Positions 40,194 to 50,356 of a stretch of 64,000 bases of DNA are shown here, one piece after another. The notes under the pieces are model-generated. The model had not been told where the DNA came from and ran no database searches. It was given only the letters and a program-made list of their open reading frames with translations. The stretch covers positions 19,341 through 83,340 of the forward strand of contig JBJEDC010000092.1 in the NCBI GenBank assembly GCA_051871645.1. Reading direction: 5' to 3'. This DNA comes from Muribaculaceae bacterium. GTDB lineage: Bacteria; Bacteroidota; Bacteroidia; Bacteroidales; Muribaculaceae. Every line of letters begins with the position of its first letter. Positions within the stretch are counted from its first letter, which is position 1. The position numbers and the translations under genes are program-made.

Positions 40194-42272
40194 ATGAAGG
40201 CTTCTTTGACTCTGATTGGGGTGGTGCTCGGCTCGGCTGCGGCATACGCCCGGACTGAGCAACCCGATACGCTGGCAGAGGAACTGCACGAGGTGGTGAT
40301 CGAGGCGCCGAAAGTTATCCGCAAGGCCGACATGGATGTCTACCATCCGTCGAAAAGCGCCGTCGAGAACTCCAAGAACGGCATGCAGCTGCTTACCAAC
40401 CTGATGATTCCGACCCTCAATGTCAGTGATGTCATGGGCAAGATTACGGCCAGCGGACAGGCCGTGCAGGTGCGCATAAACGGACGCAAGGCAACGGTCG
40501 AAGAGGTCAAGAACATCCTGCCCGAGACAATCAAGCGTGTCGAGTGGATTGACGACCCCGGGCTAAGATATGGCGGCGCCAGCTATGTCCTCAACGTCAT
40601 CGTCGCCAACCCGACGCTCGGCGGCTCGCTGATGACCGAGGGCCGTCAGGCCGTCAGCGAGAAATGGGGTGATTACCGCGCCGACGCCAAGTTCAATATC
40701 GGCCGCTCGCAGTGGAACGTGGGCGCGTATTACAAATTGTCTGAAGACATCGACGTGCACCGCGAATATACCGAGACATTCACCTATCCCGACGGCACGT
40801 CGCTGACCCGAAACGAGAAACCTCTCGGCGGAAGCATCGACGGCTCCAACGGGTCGGTATGGGCGTCGTACAACTATATCAAGCCGGACACGACGGTATT
40901 CTTCGTGCAGCTGCGTGCCCACCGCACTTTCTCTGATAAAGGGGTGTTCAACGGCCTGCTCAATCTCAGCAACGGCGAGCGCGACATCAAGCTCACCGAC
41001 GGACGCGGAAGCCTCGGCACCACGCCCTCGTTCTCGGCTTATCTCGAGCAGCATTTCGCTCACAAGCAAACCCTTGTTGTCGATTTCAGCGCCTCGCTGT
41101 ATGACGGACATTCCTATTCCGACTACCTTGAGCAGTACCCCGACGCCACCGACTACATCACCGATATCCATACCTACGTCAAGGACCGCAACCAGGCGTA
41201 TGGCCTGGAGGCCGACTATATAAAGAGGTGGACAAACTCGCGCTTCACCGCCGGAGCATCGTATACCGCCAACCGCAACCGCTCGGAGTACCTCAATCTC
41301 GGCGGCGAGGTCTTCCACCAGCGTCAGGACAGGGCTTACGTCTTTGCCGAATATTTCCAGCGCGTCAAGAAGTTCAGCTTCACCGCCGGCGTGGGCGCCC
41401 AATATACTGACTTCCGCTTCCGCGAGAGCGACCAGGGCAGCAACTCATGGAATTTCCGACCCCGGGCCTCCGTCTCATACCGCATCAACGATAATCATCA
41501 GCTACGACTCAATTTCTCCACCTGGCAGTCCGCGCCTACGCTCGCCCAGACCAATGTGGCGCCCCAGCAGCTCGACGGTTTCCAGTGGAGCATCGGCAAC
41601 CCCAGCCTCAAGACCTCCAACTCGTACATGCTGACCTTCCACTACAGCTACAGACTGTTCAAACGTGTATACGGCACCTTCGGTGTCCGAGCTTTCACCT
41701 CGCCCAACGCCATCGCGCCCTACATGTTCTGGGAGGGTGACAAGCTCGTCTCCACTTACGAGAACAGCAAGGGACTAAAGAACCTCACCTTCTGGCTTGC
41801 TCCGCAGATTGATGTCATCCCCGACTGGCTCGTGCTGAGCGGTACCCTGCAGTTCCGCGCCGAGCGCATGCGCGGCACCGGCTACACTCATACGAACAGC
41901 GCCTGGAGCGGTAACGTCGCCGCACAGCTCATGCACTGGGGCTTTGTGCTGACATGCCAGTACCAGCGCTCGCAGCGCGACCTCTTCGGCGAGAAAATCA
42001 CATGGGGCGAGAGCTTCTCCGTCATCGACCTGTCGTACAATTACAAAAAATGGCAGTTCGGCGCCGGCATGCTCATGCCCTTCGGCAAATATGACAATGG
42101 CTCGCAGTCGCTGAGCCGCTGGAACACCAACGAGCAGCACGTCCGCCTCAACTTCCGCATGCCCTACATCTCCATCGCCTACAACCTCCAGTGGGGCCGT
42201 CAGAAACGCGACGCCCAAAAGCTCATCAACGCCGACGCCTCCGCCGACCAGTCCACCGTCGGCAGCCGCTGA
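40194..42272 (+). CDS. Outer-membrane beta-barrel protein (TBDR-like)
   Basis: Signal peptide; LHEVVIEA; plug-like VRINGR...IKRVEWIDDPGLRYG; GNPSLK; TACTTTTG box at 40128-40135. Confidence 0.8.
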   Translation: MKASLTLIGVVLGSAAAYARTEQPDTLAEELHEVVIEAPKVIRKADMDVYHPSKSAVENSKNGMQLLTNLMIPTLNVSDVMGKITASGQAVQVRINGRKATVEEVKNILPETIKRVEWIDDPGLRYGGASYVLNVIVANPTLGGSLMTEGRQAVSEKWGDYRADAKFNIGRSQWNVGAYYKLSEDIDVHREYTETFTYPDGTSLTRNEKPLGGSIDGSNGSVWASYNYIKPDTTVFFVQLRAHRTFSDKGVFNGLLNLSNGERDIKLTDGRGSLGTTPSFSAYLEQHFAHKQTLVVDFSASLYDGHSYSDYLEQYPDATDYITDIHTYVKDRNQAYGLEADYIKRWTNSRFTAGASYTANRNRSEYLNLGGEVFHQRQDRAYVFAEYFQRVKKFSFTAGVGAQYTDFRFRESDQGSNSWNFRPRASVSYRINDNHQLRLNFSTWQSAPTLAQTNVAPQQLDGFQWSIGNPSLKTSNSYMLTFHYSYRLFKRVYGTFGVRAFTSPNAIAPYMFWEGDKLVSTYENSKGLKNLTFWLAPQIDVIPDWLVLSGTLQFRAERMRGTGYTHTNSAWSGNVAAQLMHWGFVLTCQYQRSQRDLFGEKITWGESFSVIDLSYNYKKWQFGAGMLMPFGKYDNGSQSLSRWNTNEQHVRLNFRMPYISIAYNLQWGRQKRDAQKLINADASADQSTVGSR

Positions 42273-42325
42273 CCCTCATCGTCATCTTTTTTATTAACAT
42301 AGCAAGTGAAATATGAACAGATAAG

Positions 42326-43873
42326 ATGCTAAAATTCAGGTATATTTTATCGGTGTTGGCTTTGATGGCGGCGGTGGCCGGCGGCCATGCGCAGGAGGTG
42401 CCGTACAGGCATATTGTGTCGGAGCCGGTGGCGCCAGACAGTGCGGATGTGCGGATACATGAGCGCAAGGCGTTCTGGAGAGCCGGGGCCGAGACCGTTG
42501 GCTTCAATCTCGGGCTGTGGGCTTTCGACCGGTATGTGCAGAAGGGACATTATGCCTATATTTCATGGAATAGCATCAAAGAGAATTTCAAACATGGGTT
42601 TGAATGGGACGATGACCATCTGCATACCAATATGTTTGACCATCCTTACAATGGCTCTATCTTTTTTAATGCGGGCCGCAGCAATGGTTTCAATTTCTGG
42701 CAGTCCGAGCTTTTTGCCATCGGCGGCAGCGCCATGTGGGAGATGTTCATGGAAAAGGAATATCCTTCGACCAACGATATCATCGCCACCCCGATAGGAG
42801 GTGCCGCGCTTGGCGAGGTGCTTTACCGCACCTCGGATTTCATTCTCGATGACCGCAGCACGGGCGGGGAGCGCTTCGGACGCGAGCTGGCGGCGTTTCT
42901 GGTCGACCCCATGAAAGGTATCAACCGCATCGTCACCGGAGCGGCGTGGAAGAAGCGGGAGACGTCAGGCCGCAGATTTGGTATTCCGCCTATCAGTGTC
43001 GAGCTTTCGTTGGGAGGCCGTTATCTGTCACTTGTCAAAGGTGATGACGGGAGCCGTGCCGGAGCCGTCGCGGAGGTTAATATCGAATATGGCGACAGAT
43101 TTGCCGAAAAGACAAAAGCGCCGTATGACTATTTCTCGTTTCTGCTTGAGCTTCAGGGCATAAAATCGCAGCCTGTCCTGAGTCGTGCCGAGATTATAGG
43201 CCGTCTGCTGTCAAAAGAGGTTGTGGATAAGGAGAATATGAAAATAAATGTCGGTCTTTACCAACATTTCGACTTTTTCGATTCCGATACCATCAGGCCT
43301 GAAAGGGAAAGCTATCTTTTCCCGTGCTCGGTGCCGTATAAACTGGGAACGCCGGCATCGGTGGGTGGCGGAGCCATGTTCCGGTATATACCGTCTTCCG
43401 GACTGATGTCCTTTGACGGATATGTGCATCTCAACGGCATCCTTCTCGCCGGAGTGCTGACCGACTTCTACCGTGATTATCACCGCAACTACAACTGGGG
43501 CTCAGGCTTCTCGGTCAAGGCCGGGCTGAACTGGGCGCTGGCGGATGACAGGCTGTCGGTAAAAATTGCCAATCAGTTCTACCGGATATATACATGGCAA
43601 GGATATGACGCCGACAATGACTGGACGATGACGCCCGAAGGCAAGCCGGTGAACGTCCAGGGCAATGCCTCCCGAGCATCTTTCAACCACCTGGAAATAA
43701 CAGCCAGTTATCGCCTGTGGAAGCGTCTCTATCTCTCTGGCGGCGTTGATTTCTACACAAGGCAAACAAATTACTCCAATGTGAGAATCACGGTTGGAAA
43801 TGCCGTAACCAATCAGCCTATCGTCAATAGCAATCAGCTGGGCGTCCATCTTATGCTGACGTATAAGCTGTAG
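42326..43873 (+). CDS. DUF3943-domain outer-membrane protein
   Basis: WDDDHLHTNMFDHPYNGS, GSAMWE, PSTNDIIATPIGG; ends LTYKL. Confidence 0.82.
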   Translation: MLKFRYILSVLALMAAVAGGHAQEVPYRHIVSEPVAPDSADVRIHERKAFWRAGAETVGFNLGLWAFDRYVQKGHYAYISWNSIKENFKHGFEWDDDHLHTNMFDHPYNGSIFFNAGRSNGFNFWQSELFAIGGSAMWEMFMEKEYPSTNDIIATPIGGAALGEVLYRTSDFILDDRSTGGERFGRELAAFLVDPMKGINRIVTGAAWKKRETSGRRFGIPPISVELSLGGRYLSLVKGDDGSRAGAVAEVNIEYGDRFAEKTKAPYDYFSFLLELQGIKSQPVLSRAEIIGRLLSKEVVDKENMKINVGLYQHFDFFDSDTIRPERESYLFPCSVPYKLGTPASVGGGAMFRYIPSSGLMSFDGYVHLNGILLAGVLTDFYRDYHRNYNWGSGFSVKAGLNWALADDRLSVKIANQFYRIYTWQGYDADNDWTMTPEGKPVNVQGNASRASFNHLEITASYRLWKRLYLSGGVDFYTRQTNYSNVRITVGNAVTNQPIVNSNQLGVHLMLTYKL

Positions 43874-43896
43874 AGTATAGCGGACTTTGAGAAAAC

Positions 43897-43933
43897 AAAA
43901 ACCTCGACAGTTTTAGGCACTGTCGAGGTTTTT
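43897..43933. terminator. Bidirectional terminator
   Basis: AAAAACCTCGACAGT...ACTGTCGAGGTTTTT between convergent genes. Confidence 0.85.
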
Positions 43934-43952
43934 TGTGCGGTATAGATGCAAA

Positions 43953-44456
43953 TTATTTTTTGCCGTGGAGCTTGTGGTTGCGCTTGTGGCCTTTGGTGCA
44001 TTTGTCCTTTACGCAGGGCTTGGCGCAGTCTTTGCAGTTGGTCTTGCAGTCTTTGCAGTTGGTCTTGCAGTCTTTGCAATTGGCCTGTGCGCAGGCGGGA
44101 GTGCAGGCTTTACAGTCCTTGCAGTTGGCGGGGGTGCAGACCTTTTTGCAGCTGTCGGCGGGGCAGGCCTTGGTGCAGTTGGCTTTTGTGCAGTTGGCTT
44201 TTACGCAGGGCTTTTTGCAGGCCTTACAGTTAGCCTTGCAGTCTTTGCAGTTGGCCTGGGCACAGGCGGGAGTGCATGCTTTGCAATCCTTGCAGTTGGC
44301 GGGAGTGCAGACTTTTGCGTCCTTGCAGGGAGTCTTGGGGCATACTTTCTCAGTGCATACTTTCTTGCAGACGGCTTTCTCGGGAGTCTGGGCGGCGGCG
44401 CCTAAAGTCATGGCGGCGGTGATGATGGCCGCGAGCATAAGGGTGAATTTCTTCAT
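43953..44456 (-). CDS. Secreted Cys/Lys-rich repeat protein (metallothionein-like)
   Basis: Signal peptide; 31 Cys; internal duplication; own TATCTTTG box at 44512-44519 and downstream terminator. Confidence 0.8.
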   Translation of the reverse strand: MKKFTLMLAAIITAAMTLGAAAQTPEKAVCKKVCTEKVCPKTPCKDAKVCTPANCKDCKACTPACAQANCKDCKANCKACKKPCVKANCTKANCTKACPADSCKKVCTPANCKDCKACTPACAQANCKDCKTNCKDCKTNCKDCAKPCVKDKCTKGHKRNHKLHGKK

Positions 44457-44581
44457 AGTTATGTATCTTTTAGTTTGTTATATTTTGCTTTTCTTAAAGC
44501 TCGTATCGTTGCAAAGATAAAGAAAAATCCCCGAATTCTAAAGTCCGGGGATTTCCGTTAACTTAATTTATAAATCATTTG

Positions 44582-47500
44582 TCACAGGATGATGCGGCGG
44601 GGATGGTGGTCAGGAGAGGTGATGAGGTAGAGCTGGCCGACGGGGAGGGTGAGGGTCAGGGTGCCTTCGACGCGGGAGGAGTAGTAGGTGGTGCCGTCGA
44701 CACCGTAAACGGTGACTTCGGCGGGCTCGGGGACGGTGACGGAGAGGGTGCCGGGAGCAGGTGAGGTGACGGTCCACGAGGCAGTACGGGCGTCGGTGAC
44801 GCCGGTGGAGGTGCCGGGCCTTGCGGCGATGTTGTCGATGAAACCGCGGCCTCCGGCGTTGGCGTCCTTGCGGATGCGGATGCGCCCGGCCTGAGAGTTT
44901 TTGAGGTCGACGTTGACAAGGGTGTAGTCGGCGGGGGTGGCGGCTTCCTTGTCGATGACGACGGTGTGTTTGGTTGCCCATGTCTTGCCGCCGTCGTCCG
45001 AGAAGTCGACGTTGAGTGTCATTGCAGCCTCCTTGGCATTCCATTTTGCGGCGTAGAAGCTGACCCGGCTGTTGGGGGCGATGACGTCCTCGAGCATGGT
45101 GACGTTGACGGGGCTTGAGGCCGGGCCGATGCGCAGCGAGTAGGAGCCGTCGTAGAATGGCGAGTGGCTTGTCAGGGCGGCCTGCAGCAGCGCGTTGTCG
45201 AGCGTCCATGTACATGCCGTGCCGTTGTAGGTCTTGCTGGCGTATGCGTTCATGTCTTTGGCGCTGGCCTCGAAGTCCTCGATGAGGTAGGGGGCCGAAG
45301 TGCCGCCTGTCGAGGTGACGAGGCCGTAGGCGGTGAGCGGGTCCTCGGTGTAGTCACCGGCGGTGGCGCGCAGTGGCGTGAGGTATTCGCCGGCAATCTG
45401 ACAGCTGCCCAGGCGCAGGTAAAGCTGTCCGGCCTCCGAGTTGACGACGGCCTGACGTCCCCAGACCGCGTTGTCGGCTGAAATTTCGAAGGGGGAATTG
45501 ACGGTGAAGGTGATGTCGCCGACGTAGTTTTCGACGAATACGTCGAAGCCAATCGATTGCGAGGGAGTGCCGGTAGCCGTCTCCAGAGCCACGTCATAGT
45601 CTTCGACTTGGTAGGTCAGCGCGGGCTTGGCCTTGGGCGTGGTGACGGTGACGGTATTGCTGACGGTGGATGCGTTGGTGAGGGTATATTTGTATGTGTG
45701 CTCGGGCTCCAGGCCGTCGACATTGTAGGTCAGGTCACCGGCGGCGACATTGCGCGGGTAGCCGCTGATGCTGACGCCGCCCTCGGTAACGTCGAGGCGG
45801 TAGCAGTCGCCGTCCAGCTCGTCGCCGACGTTGACCCAGCGGGCGGTGAAGCTCGTGGCCTCGACATTCTCGGCCTCCGCTGCGGGCAGGCCGTCCAGGG
45901 CCTTGCCCTCGAGGGTGACGGTGTTGACGATGTTGCCGGTAGTGAGCACGAGTGTGCCCTTGTAGTCGCTTTGTTCGGGGACGGTAAAGGTTATCTTGAG
46001 CAGGGCGCCGTCGCTGTCCTCCTCATCGGCTGCGGTGGCGAGGGCGCGGGCCTTGGCTGCAGACGAGCCGCCGGTGTTGACCTGCGAGGCGTCGAGCCAT
46101 TCGGCCGAGGCCTCGAAGCCGTTGCCGGTGACCGATACAGAGACGTTATCCTTGATGGAGGCGCCCTTGACGGCCACGATTTTTTCGTTGGTGGCGCCGG
46201 TGGCGACCGTGCCGAAGTTCAGCGTCGAGCCGTCGGCGGGCTGCGTTATGCGCGAGGCCGGAGCTGCCGAGGCACTCCAGGGCGTGGTTTTCTTGCTGCC
46301 CCAGATGTAGTCGGCAAGGTCGGGATAGTCGATGAACGGGTTGCGGTTGTTCTGCTTGGCGTAGACGGCCTCCTGACGTGCCGTCTCCTTTGTGGACACG
46401 GGGTCGAGGGCGTTCCAGCGCAGCAGCATGTCGATGGCCCAGGTCGAGAAGGCCGGGTACGATGTCTTGTCGAGCATGTCCGAGGTCCAACCGGCGATTT
46501 TGCTGTTGTATGCGGCGGCCATGTATAGGTAGCTGCGGGCGAAGTCGCCCTTGTATTCGTCATCCGGCTCCCATACCGTGCCGGTATAGCCGCTGAGGGT
46601 GCTCTTGCCCAGCTTGCCCTTTGCAGAGACGCCGTTCTTTGTAGCTATGTAAGTGCCGTTGGCGCACTCGCCGAAGGGGTAGTTGCCGCGCTGGTTGTTG
46701 ACGTAGCCGTCGGTGGGATAGACATGGAAGAGGTCGGTGTACATGGGCGTGGCGTCCTTGAACCATGACTTGGGGAACGAGTGCTCGCGGTTATAGCATA
46801 CGCCGATGCCGGTGTAGTTGCCGCACTGGTCGGTCTTGTAGGTGAACTCCTTGGTGGTGTACATGTCCCAGATTTTGCCGTTGGGCTTGGTGTCGGTCTG
46901 CTGATAGGCTGTCCACAGGCCGGAGTACGAAACAGACTTGTGTGTGCCGACGATGCCGGCCAGGGCTGTCAGCAGCTCCTTGCCGCACTTGCCTTCGGCG
47001 GCCTTGTAATAGTTGGCGGGGATGTTGCTGTTGGTCGCGCCGGTCTGTGCCGAGCCCGACCCGGTGCCGCTGCCCGAGCCGCTTCCGGAGCCCGAACCCG
47101 ACCCCGTTCCGTCATCGGTAGGTGTCGCCGTCTGTCCGGCGTCAGCTATGCGGGCCTTGAGCGAGACCTTGCGGGTGAGACTGCCGGTCTTGAGTGTGAG
47201 GGTGCCGGTGTAAGTGCCGTCCGAAGCCTCCTTGAACATCACCTGCAGCTGGGCGCCGGCGGTGGAGTTGACTTTGGCAGCCGACAGTGTGGTGGCGCCG
47301 ACACGGAAGCCTGTACCCGAGACGGTTACGGTGACTGCAGAGGTCAGATTGGCACCTTTGACGACAACAGTGTTTGTCTTGTTCTTGCTGACGGTGACGG
47401 TGCCGAAATCCACGGTTGAACCGGCGGCGGGCGATGTCAGCGAAGCGGTGGTTGTAGAGCCTCCGGAGTAGTCCGGAATGGAAATGTCATCGATTAGGGC

Positions 47501-47965
47501 GCGTTTACCCTCGGTCTGCAGCAGGCGGATACGCACGTTGCCTGTCTTGTTCACCGACACGCTCTTCTTGGCGTATGTGGTAGTGGTGAGGGTAACCTTG
47601 CCGGCGGTTGTCCATGTCGAGCCGCTGTTGGTGGAATACTGGACGGCGATAGTGACCTCGCCGTCGGCTGCCGACCACTCGCGGGCGTAGAACGACACTG
47701 TGCCTGCGCCGCCGGACTTGTTCGAGGCCATTGTGACTGACGAATTTGCATTATTGCCAAAGCGCAGCGAGTTAGCCCCGGCGTACGGATTTTCAGCATA
47801 AACACCGGCGTTGCTGAGCGTCCATGTGCAGGCGTCGCCCTGCACCGAGGTAGTGGTGTAATTTCCTGTCGTATTGGCCTCGAAGCCCTCTTTGAGGGTG
47901 GCGGCATTTGCGGAAAGTGAGCCGAACGCCAGTGATATCAACAATGTATTCAGCAGTTTCTTCAT
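44582..47965 (-). CDS. Secreted endonuclease I (EndA/Bsn-like) with accessory domains and T9SS-like tail
   Basis: NREHSFPKSWF, DLFHVYPTDGYVNNQRGNYPF, EPDDEYKGDFARSYLYM, QNNRNPFIDYP; TAACTTTG box at 48068-48075. Confidence 0.92.
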   Translation of the reverse strand: MKKLLNTLLISLAFGSLSANAATLKEGFEANTTGNYTTTSVQGDACTWTLSNAGVYAENPYAGANSLRFGNNANSSVTMASNKSGGAGTVSFYAREWSAADGEVTIAVQYSTNSGSTWTTAGKVTLTTTTYAKKSVSVNKTGNVRIRLLQTEGKRALIDDISIPDYSGGSTTTASLTSPAAGSTVDFGTVTVSKNKTNTVVVKGANLTSAVTVTVSGTGFRVGATTLSAAKVNSTAGAQLQVMFKEASDGTYTGTLTLKTGSLTRKVSLKARIADAGQTATPTDDGTGSGSGSGSGSGSGTGSGSAQTGATNSNIPANYYKAAEGKCGKELLTALAGIVGTHKSVSYSGLWTAYQQTDTKPNGKIWDMYTTKEFTYKTDQCGNYTGIGVCYNREHSFPKSWFKDATPMYTDLFHVYPTDGYVNNQRGNYPFGECANGTYIATKNGVSAKGKLGKSTLSGYTGTVWEPDDEYKGDFARSYLYMAAAYNSKIAGWTSDMLDKTSYPAFSTWAIDMLLRWNALDPVSTKETARQEAVYAKQNNRNPFIDYPDLADYIWGSKKTTPWSASAAPASRITQPADGSTLNFGTVATGATNEKIVAVKGASIKDNVSVSVTGNGFEASAEWLDASQVNTGGSSAAKARALATAADEEDSDGALLKITFTVPEQSDYKGTLVLTTGNIVNTVTLEGKALDGLPAAEAENVEATSFTARWVNVGDELDGDCYRLDVTEGGVSISGYPRNVAAGDLTYNVDGLEPEHTYKYTLTNASTVSNTVTVTTPKAKPALTYQVEDYDVALETATGTPSQSIGFDVFVENYVGDITFTVNSPFEISADNAVWGRQAVVNSEAGQLYLRLGSCQIAGEYLTPLRATAGDYTEDPLTAYGLVTSTGGTSAPYLIEDFEASAKDMNAYASKTYNGTACTWTLDNALLQAALTSHSPFYDGSYSLRIGPASSPVNVTMLEDVIAPNSRVSFYAAKWNAKEAAMTLNVDFSDDGGKTWATKHTVVIDKEAATPADYTLVNVDLKNSQAGRIRIRKDANAGGRGFIDNIAARPGTSTGVTDARTASWTVTSPAPGTLSVTVPEPAEVTVYGVDGTTYYSSRVEGTLTLTLPVGQLYLITSPDHHPRRIIL

Positions 47966-48178
47966 GGAGTAATGGTATTGTCCGCTCTCGCGGCAGTGAA
48001 AGCGCCAAAGGCGCAGGATTAGGTTATAAAATCGCGGATTAGGTTATAAAAATTAGGGGTTGAGCCGCAAAGTTAAATAAATTGAATGAAAAATGCACAA
48101 ATTTTCACAAATCTGTTGCAAAATTCCCACAAAATGTATCCAGAACATCCAAAATAATCTCCGGCATCCCCGCAATGC

Positions 48179-49657
48179 TTACCTGCGGTAGATGTACATA
48201 GGCCCGGTAAGATGCTGTTTTTTTGCAATTGTGTCCAGCGGCGGTTTCACATGCGATACGACGGGCAATGTATCCGACGCCGCGAACCGGCCCGTGTCGG
48301 CGGTCAGTCGGTAGGATACAGTGTCGTTGAGTACCGGGGCAATCTGGGGCAACTCGTTGGGATTTAGACGATAGAGTATGGCGCCGTCCTTGAGCTCGTT
48401 GCGGATGTAACCCCAGCCGTATCTCATCTCTGGGGCATTGAACGGGCACATCACAAGCATGTAGAGCCCGAGGACTACGGCGCAGGCATTGCGTAGCCGG
48501 ATGTCTATTCCGCTGATAATCACACCGGCGAGCAGAGCTGCCGATGACAGATATGGGAAGATATAGCGTTCCTCGCGCAGCACTGACGCGTATTCCACCA
48601 GCACCATCGCCGCTATCGCGCACAGCGGAATCCACCACTGCCGGTTTCCCTTTATCATTTCTGCCCTCTCGCGGCCAATCAGCGCCAACAGAAACATCGC
48701 ACCGAGTAAAATTGCCCCGGGAAGGGTCAGAACGTCACGATACAAGGCTTTGACAAATACGATATCAGGGACATTGGAGAAGTCCTCGAAGGCGCGTCCG
48801 GTATGGACGTTGGAGTGCAGCAAAAAGTTGAAATATCCCTGATAAGCGGCAAAAGCGACGGCGACAGCCATTAATGGCGCAAGCACGACGGCTACGGCTG
48901 CCCGGCCGTTTTTGTGCGCTATGGCCAGCCACAGCATCGGAACAGACAGCAGAGCCACGAAAAAGGCGTTGAGGTAGCCCGTCGAGGCCGCTCCGGCGAC
49001 GGCGAGGGTGTAGGCCGTCCATGTCGGCGCGGTCACGGCACGTCTTTGGCCGATGTTGCGGCAAATCACGGCCGAAGCCCAGCCCGTCAGGCAGATAAAC
49101 ATCTCTGCCATCTGGTATTCGCGCACAAAGAGTGTGTTCTCTACCGATGCCTTTGAGCCGAAGGCCAGAGCCATAACGGCCAGGGTTACAAGACTGCCGC
49201 TCTTCAGGTCGCCGAACAGTATGCGCCCCGTGCGCCAGAGGGCGAAGAAGGCCACGGCGAAGAAAAGCAGATTGAGCAGGCCTCCGCGCAGAGCTACCTC
49301 TCCGGCGTCGAAGGAGTCGAGACCGGAGAGGGCGACCCTCAGCGCCATATAGTAGAGACTGGCGTGAGGGTCGTCGTGATTTACATGATAAAGTCCGTTC
49401 AAATCCGTGCCCAGTGGATTATTGTTCACCAGCATGGTCTTGATTTCGGCGCCGGTGAGGGCAGCGCTGTCTGGCAGAGGCGTGTAGTATGCCGGGTTGC
49501 GCTGTGCCAGCATCACTGAGAAAATCTCATCGGGGTGCAGCTGTGAGCGCGTGGCAATTCCATTTATGCGCACGGCAAGCAACACAGCAAATATAATCAG
49601 CACGCCTGCCAGAGGCAGGCGTCCCGACCTGAATATTTTGTCAGCGTGCCGGATCAC
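48179..49657 (-). CDS. Polytopic membrane protein, GT-C (PMT/ArnT-like) glycosyltransferase candidate
   Basis: TM1 followed by LHPDEIFS, HASLYYMALR, FVREY, ERYIFP; about 11 TM helices. Confidence 0.6.
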   Translation of the reverse strand: MIRHADKIFRSGRLPLAGVLIIFAVLLAVRINGIATRSQLHPDEIFSVMLAQRNPAYYTPLPDSAALTGAEIKTMLVNNNPLGTDLNGLYHVNHDDPHASLYYMALRVALSGLDSFDAGEVALRGGLLNLLFFAVAFFALWRTGRILFGDLKSGSLVTLAVMALAFGSKASVENTLFVREYQMAEMFICLTGWASAVICRNIGQRRAVTAPTWTAYTLAVAGAASTGYLNAFFVALLSVPMLWLAIAHKNGRAAVAVVLAPLMAVAVAFAAYQGYFNFLLHSNVHTGRAFEDFSNVPDIVFVKALYRDVLTLPGAILLGAMFLLALIGRERAEMIKGNRQWWIPLCAIAAMVLVEYASVLREERYIFPYLSSAALLAGVIISGIDIRLRNACAVVLGLYMLVMCPFNAPEMRYGWGYIRNELKDGAILYRLNPNELPQIAPVLNDTVSYRLTADTGRFAASDTLPVVSHVKPPLDTIAKKQHLTGPMYIYRR

Positions 49658-49663
49658 GAGCCG

Positions 49664-50356
49664 TCAGTCCTCGAGGTAGTAGGTGACGTTGGTCACCACG
49701 CGGATGTTTTTGATATACGGAGTTGACTCGTCGGCGTCTTCAATCGAGAAATAGCCCTGAGTGGCCGTCTTGATTTTTCCGAGCTTCGACTCCGAGTCCT
49801 TGGCGAACTGGGCGGCGGCCTCGCGTGCGTTCTTGGTGGCCTCGACAATCATCTCGGGCTTGATTTTGTTGAGGTCGGTGTACGAGTAGTTGATGTTGAG
49901 GTTGGCGAAGGCGATGCCCTGATTGAGCAGCTCGCCCTGGCGGTTGAGCAGTTCGCGCACCTTGTCGACCTGGGTGGTGAGTACCGTCATCGTCGACGTA
50001 ATGGAGTATTTGAAGCGTGCGGTGTTGTTCCAGGCGTTGGCAGATACGTCGTCGACGCTGGGCGGGTTGACCGAGATTTCGCTTGTCGGTATGCCGTTGG
50101 AGGTCAGGAAGTCCAGCACGATTTTGTTTTTGTTGGTACACTCCTGATATAGGGCGGGCAGGTCATCGCCGGTGATGGTGTACGACACCGGCCAGGTCAC
50201 CTGGTTGGCCTTGACGGTGCGCTCGGCCAGGCCGCGCACGTCCACATAACGTTCCTTGGAGGCGATTGTGCTGAATCCGCTGCGAATGCACAGACCCAGG
50301 GCCAGCAGGCCGACCGCAATGATAAGCGGGAAAACGATGTTGCGCAAATAATTCAT
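49664..50356 (-). CDS. SIMPL/DUF541 domain protein
   Basis: RYVDVRGLAER, IKPEMIVEATKNAR, LGKIKTATQG, IRVVT. Confidence 0.9.
   Translation of the reverse strand: MNYLRNIVFPLIIAVGLLALGLCIRSGFSTIASKERYVDVRGLAERTVKANQVTWPVSYTITGDDLPALYQECTNKNKIVLDFLTSNGIPTSEISVNPPSVDDVSANAWNNTARFKYSITSTMTVLTTQVDKVRELLNRQGELLNQGIAFANLNINYSYTDLNKIKPEMIVEATKNAREAAAQFAKDSESKLGKIKTATQGYFSIEDADESTPYIKNIRVVTNVTYYLED

Noticed and set aside
43953-44456. Multihaem cytochrome or polyferredoxin
   Set aside because: No CxxCH motifs, no canonical CxxCxxCxxxCP ferredoxin context and no hydrophobic core.
43933-44520. Plus-strand LQSLQL-repeat ORFs
   Set aside because: Antisense of the Cys-rich gene, which has the signal peptide, promoter and terminator.
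48015-48051. Short direct duplications GGATTAGGTTATAAAA x2 (and ATCTTATAACAAC x2 near 14545-14570)
   Set aside because: Two-copy local duplications with no further support; most simply replication slippage.
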